A stretch of 64,000 nucleotides of DNA, from contig CBDCWI010000002.1 of NCBI GenBank assembly GCA_965223325.1, forward strand, positions 1,216,001 through 1,280,000. The letters are read 5' to 3'. The notes under the pieces were generated by a model, which worked only from the letters and a program-made list of their open reading frames with translations, ran no database searches and was not told where the DNA came from. Both the position numbers and the translations under genes were made by a program. Shown one piece after another: positions 18,969 through 27,525 of the stretch; within the stretch, counting starts at the first letter, position 1; each line of letters begins with the position of its first letter. The stretch is from Candidatus Multivoradales bacterium (lineage in GTDB: Bacteria > Acidobacteriota > Thermoanaerobaculia > Multivoradales > Multivoraceae).

Positions 18969-21900
18969 GTGCTCAAGCTCGATCGCCTAGAAATCAGCGG
19001 TTTCAAATCTTTTGTCGATCCGGTGGCGACCGCGTTCGCCGACGGCATCACCTGCATCGTCGGACCGAACGGCTGCGGCAAGTCGAACCTCTCCGAGGCG
19101 ATCACCTGGGTCCTCGGTGAACAAAGCGCCAAGTCCCTGCGTGGCGGTCGCATGGAAGATGTCATCTTCAGCGGCACCGACCAGCGCAAGGCGCTCGGCA
19201 TGGCGGAAGTGAACATGTCGTTTCGCACCGAACCCGGGCACCCGCACGCCGATGACGACGGTCGCATCACCATCGGTCGCCGAGTCTTCCGTTCGGGTGA
19301 AGGCCAGTACCGCCTGAACGACCAGATGGTGCGGCTCAAGGACATCAAGGACGTGCTGATGGACACCGGCCTGGGCGTGCGCGCCTACGCGGTGATCGAA
19401 CAGGGCCGCATCGGCCAGATTCTTTCCGGCAAACCACAGGATCGTCGCAGGCTGATCGAGGAGGCCGCCGGCATCACCCGCTACCGCCAGCGCAAGCGGG
19501 TAGCGGAGCTTAAGCTCCAAGAAGCCTCGGCCAACCTGCTGCGCCTCGACGACATTCTCTCCGAAGTCGAGCGCGCCCTGCGGTCGCTCAAGCGGCAGGC
19601 GAACTCGGCGCGTCGCTACCAGGAGCGCGAACGGGAGTTCCGCCAACTGCTCGAGCGCTTCCTGGTCGCACGCTGGGCGGTCCTCGAGAACGAGCTCACC
19701 GTCCTCAAGCGGGATCTCAGCGAGCGCACAGCGGCCGATGCCGAGCTCGGCCGAGAACTCAACCAGACTCAGCAGGCAGCCAGCGAGGCATTGGACGAGC
19801 TCGACTCACTCGGCAAAGAGCTCGCCAAGCGTCACGAGCGGCAGACTGAGCTCGCCGGTCGCATCGAGGGTCGCCAGGAGTTCGTCAAAGCGACGCGTCA
19901 GACGCTCACCGACATCGATGAGCGTCTGCACTCGGGTACCGCACTGGCCGGCCAGCGCGAACGCGAAATCGAAGCCGCCAGGCAAAGCCTCGGAGCGCTG
20001 TCGTCGCGCGGCGAAGCGCTGGCCTCTGAACGCGACCAGGCGCGCGACGCGGTCCTTCAGGACCAGCGCCGCATCGAGCTCGCCGACGAGCACGCGCGGA
20101 CTACCGCGGCCGAGCTCGAAGATATGCGCGGCCGCCTGATGGCCGCGATGAACCGTGTTTCGGGCCTCCAGAATCGAATGCACCAGCAGCAACTCGAAGC
20201 CGAGAAGGGCACCTACCGCCACGATCATCTGCGGACCGAGCTCGCCGAGCGTCGTGCGCTCTTGGCGAAGGCCCGCGAAACCGCGGAGGCTGCCGAACAC
20301 AAGGTGTCGACCCTCGGCGAGCAAGAGGCGGCACTGGTTGCGCGTCGCAAAGAAGTCGAAGAGAACCTGCAAACGGTCCTCACTCGCGAGGCAGAGACCC
20401 AACGCAACCTCGAAGAGGCGCAAGACCGGCTATCGGTGATGCGTAACCGCCGCACCGTGCTCGAAGAGCTCGAGCGAGCCCAGGTCGAGCGCCGCGCCAA
20501 GATCAAGGAGACGCTCGACGCACAGGGGTTCTCACACCTTCAGTTCCTCGACCAGGTGGTCACGGTGCCGTCGGGCTGGGAGGCGGCACTCGACCTCTGG
20601 TTGGGCCAGCTGCGCGACGCCCTTCTGGTTCCTGGCGATGAGGACGTGATGGCGCTGGCAGAGGCGCTCACGGAGTCGGACTCGAGCGCCACTCTGTTGC
20701 GCGAGACGTCACCGGGTGATCGTTGGTCGGCCGATCTGCCGCGCGATCCGGCGATCAGGAGCAGTCTCGGTGAGGCCCTCGGCCTTCCGCGAGGCTTTGC
20801 CGACTCGCTGCCCCCGGCCTTCCTGGTCGAGGACCGCGACGATGCCGATCGGCTGGCGCGAACTTTCCCTGCGGTTGCCTTCATCAGCCGTGACCGCCTT
20901 TGGGCTCAGAACGGCGTCCTGCATTTGCAGGGACAGCGTGCCGCACCGGGAACGTTGACCCGTCAGCGGGAGCTCACCGATATTCACCAGGGCCTCCCCA
21001 CTCTCGAGGAGCACATCGCAGCCACCAAGACCGAGCGCACTCGATTGGTCGAGGAGCGCACGGCCGCGGCAGCCAATGCTCACCGCCTCGATCAGGAGAT
21101 CGCAGCCTGCCGGCAGGAGTTGGCGGTCGCCGAAGCGCGCAAGCAGGACACGCTCCATCGCCAGCAGCGGGCCGAGGTGGACTGTGACGAGCTCGGCAAC
21201 CAGGAAGGTGAACTGGTTCGCGAGCTCGAGCGGCTCGAAGCGGCGCGCTCGCGTCTGGTCGACGAGCTCACCACCGCTCAGGAGGAACATGCAGCACTCG
21301 AGCAGCACTTCGACCGAGCACAGGCGGTAGCCGACGAGGCACGGGCAGCGCGCGCCGCTCTTGAAACCGAGGGAGCGGGTCGTCGCGGGCGGCTAGAACT
21401 CCTGCAGGAGCGAGTGAGCTCCCACGGCAGCGAGCGCACCCGGCTCGAGGAGCAGATCAAGGGCCTGACCGCAACGCTCGCGGGCTGGCTGAGCGACCGC
21501 GCGATGCTCACCGAGCGCAAGACTTCGCTCCGCACTCAGCTGGAGGCGGCTCAGCTGGAACTGCAAGAAGCGCTCGAGGATCGCTCGGGAGCTGACCAGG
21601 AGCTGGTCGAGAGTCAGCAGGCTCTCGACGACAAGCGGGCCGAGCTTCAGGAAACCGAGAAGCGTCTCAAGGAGATGCGCGAGCGCCGCGAACTCGGGCG
21701 CGAGCAGATCGAGGAGCTGCGGGTGGTCCAGGCGGAGCGCCTTACCGAAGGAGAGCATCTCCAGGACTCGTTCCGGGAGTCTTTTGGGCGCTCGTTGCCG
21801 ATGGAGCCGGAGTTGGAAGAAGAGCTGCGCGAAGAGGCGGCGATGTCTGCCCTCGAAGATCGAGTCTCCGAGCTCAAGCGCGCGCTCGAGAAGATGGGGC

Positions 21901-22517
21901 CGGTGAATGTGCTGGCTGCACACGAGTACGCCGAGCAGGAGGAGCGCTTCGAGTTCTTGAGTGAGCAACGTCAGGACGTGGTGTCTTCGATCACCAGCCT
22001 GCGCAACACGATCAAGGAGCTGAACGACACGTCGACGAAGCGTTTTCTGGAGACGTTCGGCGTCGTCAATGAGGCGTTTGGCCGCATGTTCGTGGACTTG
22101 TTCCAGGGCGGCGAAGCGTTGATGCGCCTGATGGACGAAGACGAACCGCTCGAGTGCGGCATCGAGATCACCGCGCGCCCACCGGGGAAGCGCCCCCAGA
22201 ACATCAATCTGCTCTCTGGTGGCGAGAAGGCGTTGACTGCGATAGCGCTCTTGTTCGCCCTCTTTCAGACGCGCCCGTCACCGTTTTGCATTCTCGACGA
22301 GGTCGACGCGCCGCTCGATGACGCGAACATCCTGCGCTTCGTCAAGACGTTGCGCAAGATGGCCGAGGACACGCAGTTCTTGGTGATCTCGCACAACAAG
22401 CTGACGATGGAAGCGGCGAGTTCGTTGTATGGCGTGACGATGGAAGAGAAGGGCGTTTCGAAGTTGGTGGGCGTAGAGGTCGACAAGATCCACCCCGAAA
22501 AGGCACTCGCCTCGTAG
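18969..22517 (+). CDS. smc: Chromosome segregation protein SMC
   Basis: 'GFKSF', Walker A GPNGCGKSN, long coiled coils, LSGGE signature, LDEVD Walker B. Confidence 0.97.
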   Translation: MLKLDRLEISGFKSFVDPVATAFADGITCIVGPNGCGKSNLSEAITWVLGEQSAKSLRGGRMEDVIFSGTDQRKALGMAEVNMSFRTEPGHPHADDDGRITIGRRVFRSGEGQYRLNDQMVRLKDIKDVLMDTGLGVRAYAVIEQGRIGQILSGKPQDRRRLIEEAAGITRYRQRKRVAELKLQEASANLLRLDDILSEVERALRSLKRQANSARRYQEREREFRQLLERFLVARWAVLENELTVLKRDLSERTAADAELGRELNQTQQAASEALDELDSLGKELAKRHERQTELAGRIEGRQEFVKATRQTLTDIDERLHSGTALAGQREREIEAARQSLGALSSRGEALASERDQARDAVLQDQRRIELADEHARTTAAELEDMRGRLMAAMNRVSGLQNRMHQQQLEAEKGTYRHDHLRTELAERRALLAKARETAEAAEHKVSTLGEQEAALVARRKEVEENLQTVLTREAETQRNLEEAQDRLSVMRNRRTVLEELERAQVERRAKIKETLDAQGFSHLQFLDQVVTVPSGWEAALDLWLGQLRDALLVPGDEDVMALAEALTESDSSATLLRETSPGDRWSADLPRDPAIRSSLGEALGLPRGFADSLPPAFLVEDRDDADRLARTFPAVAFISRDRLWAQNGVLHLQGQRAAPGTLTRQRELTDIHQGLPTLEEHIAATKTERTRLVEERTAAAANAHRLDQEIAACRQELAVAEARKQDTLHRQQRAEVDCDELGNQEGELVRELERLEAARSRLVDELTTAQEEHAALEQHFDRAQAVADEARAARAALETEGAGRRGRLELLQERVSSHGSERTRLEEQIKGLTATLAGWLSDRAMLTERKTSLRTQLEAAQLELQEALEDRSGADQELVESQQALDDKRAELQETEKRLKEMRERRELGREQIEELRVVQAERLTEGEHLQDSFRESFGRSLPMEPELEEELREEAAMSALEDRVSELKRALEKMGPVNVLAAHEYAEQEERFEFLSEQRQDVVSSITSLRNTIKELNDTSTKRFLETFGVVNEAFGRMFVDLFQGGEALMRLMDEDEPLECGIEITARPPGKRPQNINLLSGGEKALTAIALLFALFQTRPSPFCILDEVDAPLDDANILRFVKTLRKMAEDTQFLVISHNKLTMEAASSLYGVTMEEKGVSKLVGVEVDKIHPEKALAS

Positions 22518-22594
22518 CGGGGCTCAACCTCCGTCCTTGCCGCTTTCGTTGGTGGTTGGTTTGTGGTGGTTGGTTTAGGGTGGGGTGTTGGGTG

Positions 22595-22781
22595 GTGCCG
22601 CGGCGGAGAACGCGTGGGGCGACGATCCTGGGCACGGCGGCGCTTGTTCGGACTTCGAGGGGTAGCGCCGCCTTCGCTCGACGGCCGCCTGTCGTTTGCC
22701 GCCTGCGATGGATTTGCCATTGCGGCCGTCGAGAGAGCCCTGGATCGTCGCCCCACGCGCCCTCCCCCGCTACCGCGGTAC
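22595..22781 (+). repeat. Nested inverted-repeat element (REP/MITE-like or structured RNA)
   Basis: 23-bp IR 22611-22633/22737-22759 with one mismatch, enclosing two further hairpins. Confidence 0.6.
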
Positions 22782-22881
22782 ACATGCGCACCCGGCAGCC
22801 AGCGGCATCTAGATGGACGGGGGGTTCGCTTAGGGCGGGGGACCGTGGTGACTGGCACCGCCGGGGTTGGTCTACCCGTCG

Positions 22882-22916
22882 CTGTGGGAACTGTGGGAAA
22901 CGCGGAGCGTTTTCCA
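22882..22916. repeat. CTGTGGGAA tandem repeat overlapping a GGGAAACGC/GCGTTTTCC hairpin; possible terminator between convergent genes
   Basis: Read directly from the sequence. Confidence 0.4.
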
Positions 22917-22953
22917 AGCCCTGGGGAATCGCGCGGTCTCGATCCCTTTCCTA

Positions 22954-23871
22954 TCAGGTGGCTGAGGTTGTGGCGCGCCTGCTGCCCAGGACCTGGAGTG
23001 GGGTTGTTTCTACTTCGACGGTTACCGGCAGGGGCAGGCCGGGGTCGCCGTCGATCTGGGTGATTTCGCCGGCGCCTGGATTGATGTTCTCGATCTCTGC
23101 TTGTTGGGCGGTGACGACCCGGATTCTTGGCGATCGGTGGAGGCGACCAGTGGCGAGGTTCGTTAGGTCGCGGGCGAGGTCCCAGAGGTTTTTCCCCTGG
23201 AAGAGGACGAGCCATAGTTGCGGCGCCGAGACGTTGGCTTCGTGGGCGAGGACGAAGCTGCCGCCGTAGAGGCGCGCTTTGGTTACGACGAGAGAGGTGG
23301 CGTGGTGGGTTTGCTCGCCCACGGTGACGCTGTAGCTGTGCTTCCCGAAGTGGAGGGCGTGACGCAGGCCTGAAACGGCGTAGGCGATGCGTCCTACGCG
23401 TTTCTTGAAAGCCAGGTCGACTCCTCCGACGACCCAGGCGTCGAAACCACAGCCGACCATGAGAACGAACCGGCGGCCGTTGACGGTGGCGGGATAGATG
23501 GGCATCGCGGGGCCGGTGGTGAGGGCCTCGGCGAGTCGCTGGGGGTCTTTGTGAAGTCTCAGTTCGCGGGCAAAGACGTTGGTCGTACCGATGGGGAGGA
23601 CGCCCAGAGCGACGCCTGGGTGAGGGACGAGGCCGTTGGTGACTTCGTTGATCGTGCCGTCGCCGCCCGCCGCGACCACAACGTCCCAGGGGGCAATGCT
23701 TCGCTCCTCTGCGACCTGGCGTAGGAAGTGGCACGCATCGTCGGGACCCTTCGTGCCATAGATTTCAACACTGGCTCCACGGGCCCGGAGTGCTTCGGCC
23801 AGCGCTTCCACGATCCCGCGACGACGGCGGCCAGAGGTGGGGTTGTGGAGGATGAGGAGAGACTTAGGCAC
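22954..23871 (-). CDS. Diacylglycerol/lipid kinase family protein (YegS/DgkB-like)
   Basis: 'NPTSG', 'GGDGTINEV', 'LP.GT.NVFA', 'QIDGD'. Confidence 0.92.
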   Translation of the reverse strand: MPKSLLILHNPTSGRRRRGIVEALAEALRARGASVEIYGTKGPDDACHFLRQVAEERSIAPWDVVVAAGGDGTINEVTNGLVPHPGVALGVLPIGTTNVFARELRLHKDPQRLAEALTTGPAMPIYPATVNGRRFVLMVGCGFDAWVVGGVDLAFKKRVGRIAYAVSGLRHALHFGKHSYSVTVGEQTHHATSLVVTKARLYGGSFVLAHEANVSAPQLWLVLFQGKNLWDLARDLTNLATGRLHRSPRIRVVTAQQAEIENINPGAGEITQIDGDPGLPLPVTVEVETTPLQVLGSRRATTSAT

Positions 23872-24004
23872 TGTTGTGAAGGAGCTGCTTGGAGGATTGT
23901 GGCTTCTTTGGGCCGTTGAGATCTTCCATACTTCCAGAGATCGACTACCGAGATGTTTGACGCGCGAGAGCCTTGGGCTCTCTTGACTCCCTGGCCCACC
24001 CATC

Positions 24005-25171
24005 ATGACGTCTCCACAAAAACCGCGACGCATCTTGCTCGCGATCACCTCGAGCGGTACCGGCGGCGCAGAGAGCTGGCTGCGCGACCTGGCGCTGGGC
24101 CTCGACCGGCAGCGGATCGAGCCACATGTCTTGTCCCTGCGGCCGCTCGGCGATGCGGGTCATCGTATTCGAGAGGCCGGCGTTCCGACCCAGAGTTTCG
24201 ACATGGACGAGGGTCCCCTGCCGGGTGAGATGTTGCGCGCCCGGGCAAGATTGGCGGGGCTGATCGAGCGCTTCGAGATCGAACTCGTGCATGCGGTGCT
24301 CTACCGCGCTTGTCTGTTGACTGCGATCGCCAGCACCGGTCCCGAGACTCTTCTGGTTCGTGGGCAGCATGCCATGGGTGCGATGAGTGGCCGCCTTCCG
24401 GAGAGGATCCTGCAGGTTGTCGAGCGCCGCTTTCATCACAACATTGCAGTCTCGGCGGCCATCAAGAGACATCTGATCGACAGCGACGGTGTTCCGCCAG
24501 ATGAGATCTCAGTCATTCACAATGGAGTCGACACGCAGCGCTTTGCACCCAGCGAGACCCGCTGGCGCTCCGGCCGCCAACGCTTTGGCTTGCCTTTCGA
24601 TGAACCGGTGGTCGGTTTTGTCGGCAGGCTGCAACGGAAGAAACGAGTCGGTGCCTTGATCGCGGCTTGTCGAGTAGCGGCGGACACCACTCCGTTTCAT
24701 CTCGCGCTCGGCGGTGATGGCAACCAGCGCGACTTCCTGCGCGAGGAGGCGGAGCGACTGGGGATTACCGATCGGGTTCACTTCCTCGGCCCGCTGCAAG
24801 ACCCGGAAGCGCTTCTTGCCTCGATCGATGTGTTTGCCCTGGCTTCTAAAGTCGAGGGCATGCCGATGGCGGCTCTCGAGGCGATGGCGAGCGGGGTTCC
24901 GAGTGTCGCTACTGCGGTCGGTGGGGTGCCGGAACTTCTGTCGGCCAAGGGCGAGAGAGAAGCGTCCGGAGTCCTGGTCGACGGCGCCGCCGAGGGTCTT
25001 GCCCAGCGACTGGCGGCGGCGATCACGGCGCTTCTCGAGAACCCCGAGGAGCGTCAGCGCATGGGGGCAGTCGCCCGCCAGCGAGCCGAGTGCGAACTGT
25101 CCGTGCGCGCGATGATCGAGGCGCATACGCGGCTGTACCTCGAACTCATCGAGGGTTCTAAGCGCGAATGA
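24005..25171 (+). CDS. GT4 family glycosyltransferase
   Basis: 'GGAE', 'IHNGVD', 'VGRL...K', 'EGMP...LEAMA.G.P'. Confidence 0.92.
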   Translation: MTSPQKPRRILLAITSSGTGGAESWLRDLALGLDRQRIEPHVLSLRPLGDAGHRIREAGVPTQSFDMDEGPLPGEMLRARARLAGLIERFEIELVHAVLYRACLLTAIASTGPETLLVRGQHAMGAMSGRLPERILQVVERRFHHNIAVSAAIKRHLIDSDGVPPDEISVIHNGVDTQRFAPSETRWRSGRQRFGLPFDEPVVGFVGRLQRKKRVGALIAACRVAADTTPFHLALGGDGNQRDFLREEAERLGITDRVHFLGPLQDPEALLASIDVFALASKVEGMPMAALEAMASGVPSVATAVGGVPELLSAKGEREASGVLVDGAAEGLAQRLAAAITALLENPEERQRMGAVARQRAECELSVRAMIEAHTRLYLELIEGSKRE

Positions 25172-26552
25172 CGTTGTCGTTGGCTTCGCGGTACACGCCG
25201 CGGGAGTCGATAATCAGCGGGGCGTGTTCGAGCACCATTGGCCATTCAATCTCGTCGTGGGCAGTGACGACGACGACCGCGTCCTGCTCGGCGAGCGACT
25301 TCGGATCGAGCGCCACCGACTCCATGACGGGAAGGTCGGGCCACGAACGCATCTCGGGCGCCATCGGCACGTGGGGGTCGTGGTAGGACACGTCGGCACC
25401 GCGCGCGAGGAGCAGGTCCAGTAGCTCGAAGGCAGGACTCTCGCGCGGATCGCCAACGTTCTTCTTGTAGGCCAGACCGAGCAGCATGATCTTGCTGCCC
25501 CGCAGGGGCTTGCCCATGTCGTCGAGTCCGTCGCGTAGTTTGCCGATCACGTACTTCGGCATCTCGACGTTGATCACGCCGGCAAGCTCGACGAAGCGCG
25601 CACTGTTACCCGACTCGCGCGCCTTCCACGCCAGGTAGAAGGGGTCGACCGGAATGCAGTGTCCTCCCCAGCCGGGACCGGGATCAAAGCGCATGAAGCC
25701 GAACGGTTTGGTCTCGGCAGCATCGAGTACTTCGCGCACGTCGATGTCCATGTCCTGGTAGATCATCTTGAGTTCGTTGACGAGCGCGATGTTGACGGCT
25801 CGAAAGATGTTCTCGGTCAGCTTGGTGGCCTCAGCGGCGCGGGTCGAAGACACTTCGACGACGTCCGGAACGATCTGGCGGTAGGCCATCGATGCAACTT
25901 CGGTGCTCTTTCGCCCGACTCCGCCGACGACTTTGGGAATCGACCGGGTGTCGAAGAACTTGTTGCCCGGGTCCTCTCGTTCGGGTGAAAAGGCCAGGAA
26001 GTAGTGCTCGCCGATATCGAGACCGCTGCGCTGGAGAATGGGTTGGACGACTTCTTCGGTCGTACCCGGCCAGGTGGTCGACTCGAGAACCACCAGCTGC
26101 CCCGGGCGCAGGTTGAGTGCGATCTGCTCTGCGGTCTGGCGCACGTAGCGAAGATCCGGATCGCGCTGTGGAGTGAGTGGAGTCGGGACACAGATCAGGA
26201 GCACATCGGGTTCGCCGAGGCGTGCGAAGTCGGCCGTCGCATCCAAATGAACGTCGACATCCTCGAGGCGGTCGCTGGCAATGTGCGGCAGATAGCTATA
26301 GCGATCTTCGATCGCCGCCACCTTCTCGAGGTCGACGTCGAAGCCGAGGGTGAGAAAGTTCTGCTCGGCAAAGGCCAGCTGGAGAGGGAGGCCCACGTAC
26401 CCCAGTCCGATCACGCCGATCGTCGCTTCTCTGGTTTCGAGTCGCTCGAGTAGCTGGGCATGCCAGTCGAACTGAGCGGTCGGCGCGGCGCGGCGAACGA
26501 TCCGAATCTCTGGGCGGCGACGGGAGTTCTGCGTGTCGACAGGAGGGGTCAT
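25158..26552 (-). CDS. Nucleotide-sugar (UDP-HexNAc) dehydrogenase
   Basis: GLGYVG, CVPTP, ESTT, GGHC catalytic Cys, 'YK..V.D.RESP'. Confidence 0.92.
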   Translation of the reverse strand: MTPPVDTQNSRRRPEIRIVRRAAPTAQFDWHAQLLERLETREATIGVIGLGYVGLPLQLAFAEQNFLTLGFDVDLEKVAAIEDRYSYLPHIASDRLEDVDVHLDATADFARLGEPDVLLICVPTPLTPQRDPDLRYVRQTAEQIALNLRPGQLVVLESTTWPGTTEEVVQPILQRSGLDIGEHYFLAFSPEREDPGNKFFDTRSIPKVVGGVGRKSTEVASMAYRQIVPDVVEVSSTRAAEATKLTENIFRAVNIALVNELKMIYQDMDIDVREVLDAAETKPFGFMRFDPGPGWGGHCIPVDPFYLAWKARESGNSARFVELAGVINVEMPKYVIGKLRDGLDDMGKPLRGSKIMLLGLAYKKNVGDPRESPAFELLDLLLARGADVSYHDPHVPMAPEMRSWPDLPVMESVALDPKSLAEQDAVVVVTAHDEIEWPMVLEHAPLIIDSRGVYREANDNVIRA

Positions 26553-26674
26553 ACTGGCTCGTTGGTTGAGGGGATGGGCAGGGGCCAAAGGGCGCACGAA
26601 GTGGCCTGAAGCCACCTCAGCCTCGATTCTAGCTAATCTATCAAAACAAAAAAAGCTCTTGGAGCCGATCCTCT

Positions 26675-27421
26675 GTGTGGTCACGACCCTTTCAGCCGCT
26701 GGGACGGGCTCTGCTGGATTTCCAGAAAGAACCCACCAAGATAGACAGGTTTCCGCTTGTGGTCAATCTGCTCGAGCGTGGAGTGACGTTCGGCACCTCG
26801 CCGATGCCGATGGCCGATGTCCTGCGCCTCGACGGGTTGACCACTCTCGACCGCTCCCACATCGAGCGCGCACGGGGCCGGGTTCTCGACGTCGGTGCCG
26901 GCGGTGGCCCGCTAGCTCTCGCTCTCCTCGCACGGGGCTTTCGGGTCACCGCGCTCGACCCGGAGCCCGAGGTCGCGGCGTTTCTCGTCGCGCGCGGTCT
27001 CGGCGACACCCGCTGCGACGACCTCGACGGCATGGCGGCGGGCGACGAGACCTGGGACACACTCCTCCTGGCGATGAATGGCCTCGGATTCGCTGGAGCA
27101 CGGCGCAACCTTCCGGCGCTGCTTTCGAAGCTCTGTCAGGTCATGGCGCCCGGGGGATGCATCGTGGCCGACTCGGCGAACCTACTCAGCAATGACGACC
27201 CAGAGGAGAAGGAGCGCGCTCACCGACGGTTGGCTGCCGGCCGGGAACCGGGCGAAATCGAAATGGCGCTGACCTACCGCGGCCACACCGGCCCATCGTT
27301 TCCCTGGTTCTACGCCGGGCAAGACGACATCGCCTGGGCCGCCGCACTCTGCGGACTCGAGGGCGAGACCCTCGCTTGCGAGACCGACGGCACCTTCAGC
27401 GTGGCGCTCACCCGAAAGTGA
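26675..27421 (+). CDS. Class I SAM-dependent methyltransferase
   Basis: 'RVLDVGAGGG' motif I; 'WDTLLL.MNG.G'. Confidence 0.85.
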   Translation: MWSRPFQPLGRALLDFQKEPTKIDRFPLVVNLLERGVTFGTSPMPMADVLRLDGLTTLDRSHIERARGRVLDVGAGGGPLALALLARGFRVTALDPEPEVAAFLVARGLGDTRCDDLDGMAAGDETWDTLLLAMNGLGFAGARRNLPALLSKLCQVMAPGGCIVADSANLLSNDDPEEKERAHRRLAAGREPGEIEMALTYRGHTGPSFPWFYAGQDDIAWAAALCGLEGETLACETDGTFSVALTRK

Positions 27422-27525
27422 GGAATCGTCGCAGCCTCTTCCGGTAGGCTCCCTTGACCGAAAACCGATCCGCTGAAAAGAGAGCGCCTAACGGCTCGCC
27501 CACCTTCGTTGACTGGAGGATCGTC

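Noticed and set aside
18757-22916. Identical GCGTTTTCCA 10-mers on either side of smc as a possible target-site duplication
   Set aside because: smc is a core gene, no recombinase or transposase is present, and each copy is explained by a local motif
22265-23734. 489-aa Arg/Pro-rich ORF and other long alternative-frame or antisense ORFs (e.g. 983-2095, 27310-28356, 45211-46668)
   Set aside because: High-GC shadow ORFs overlapping well-supported genes, with no recognisable motifs
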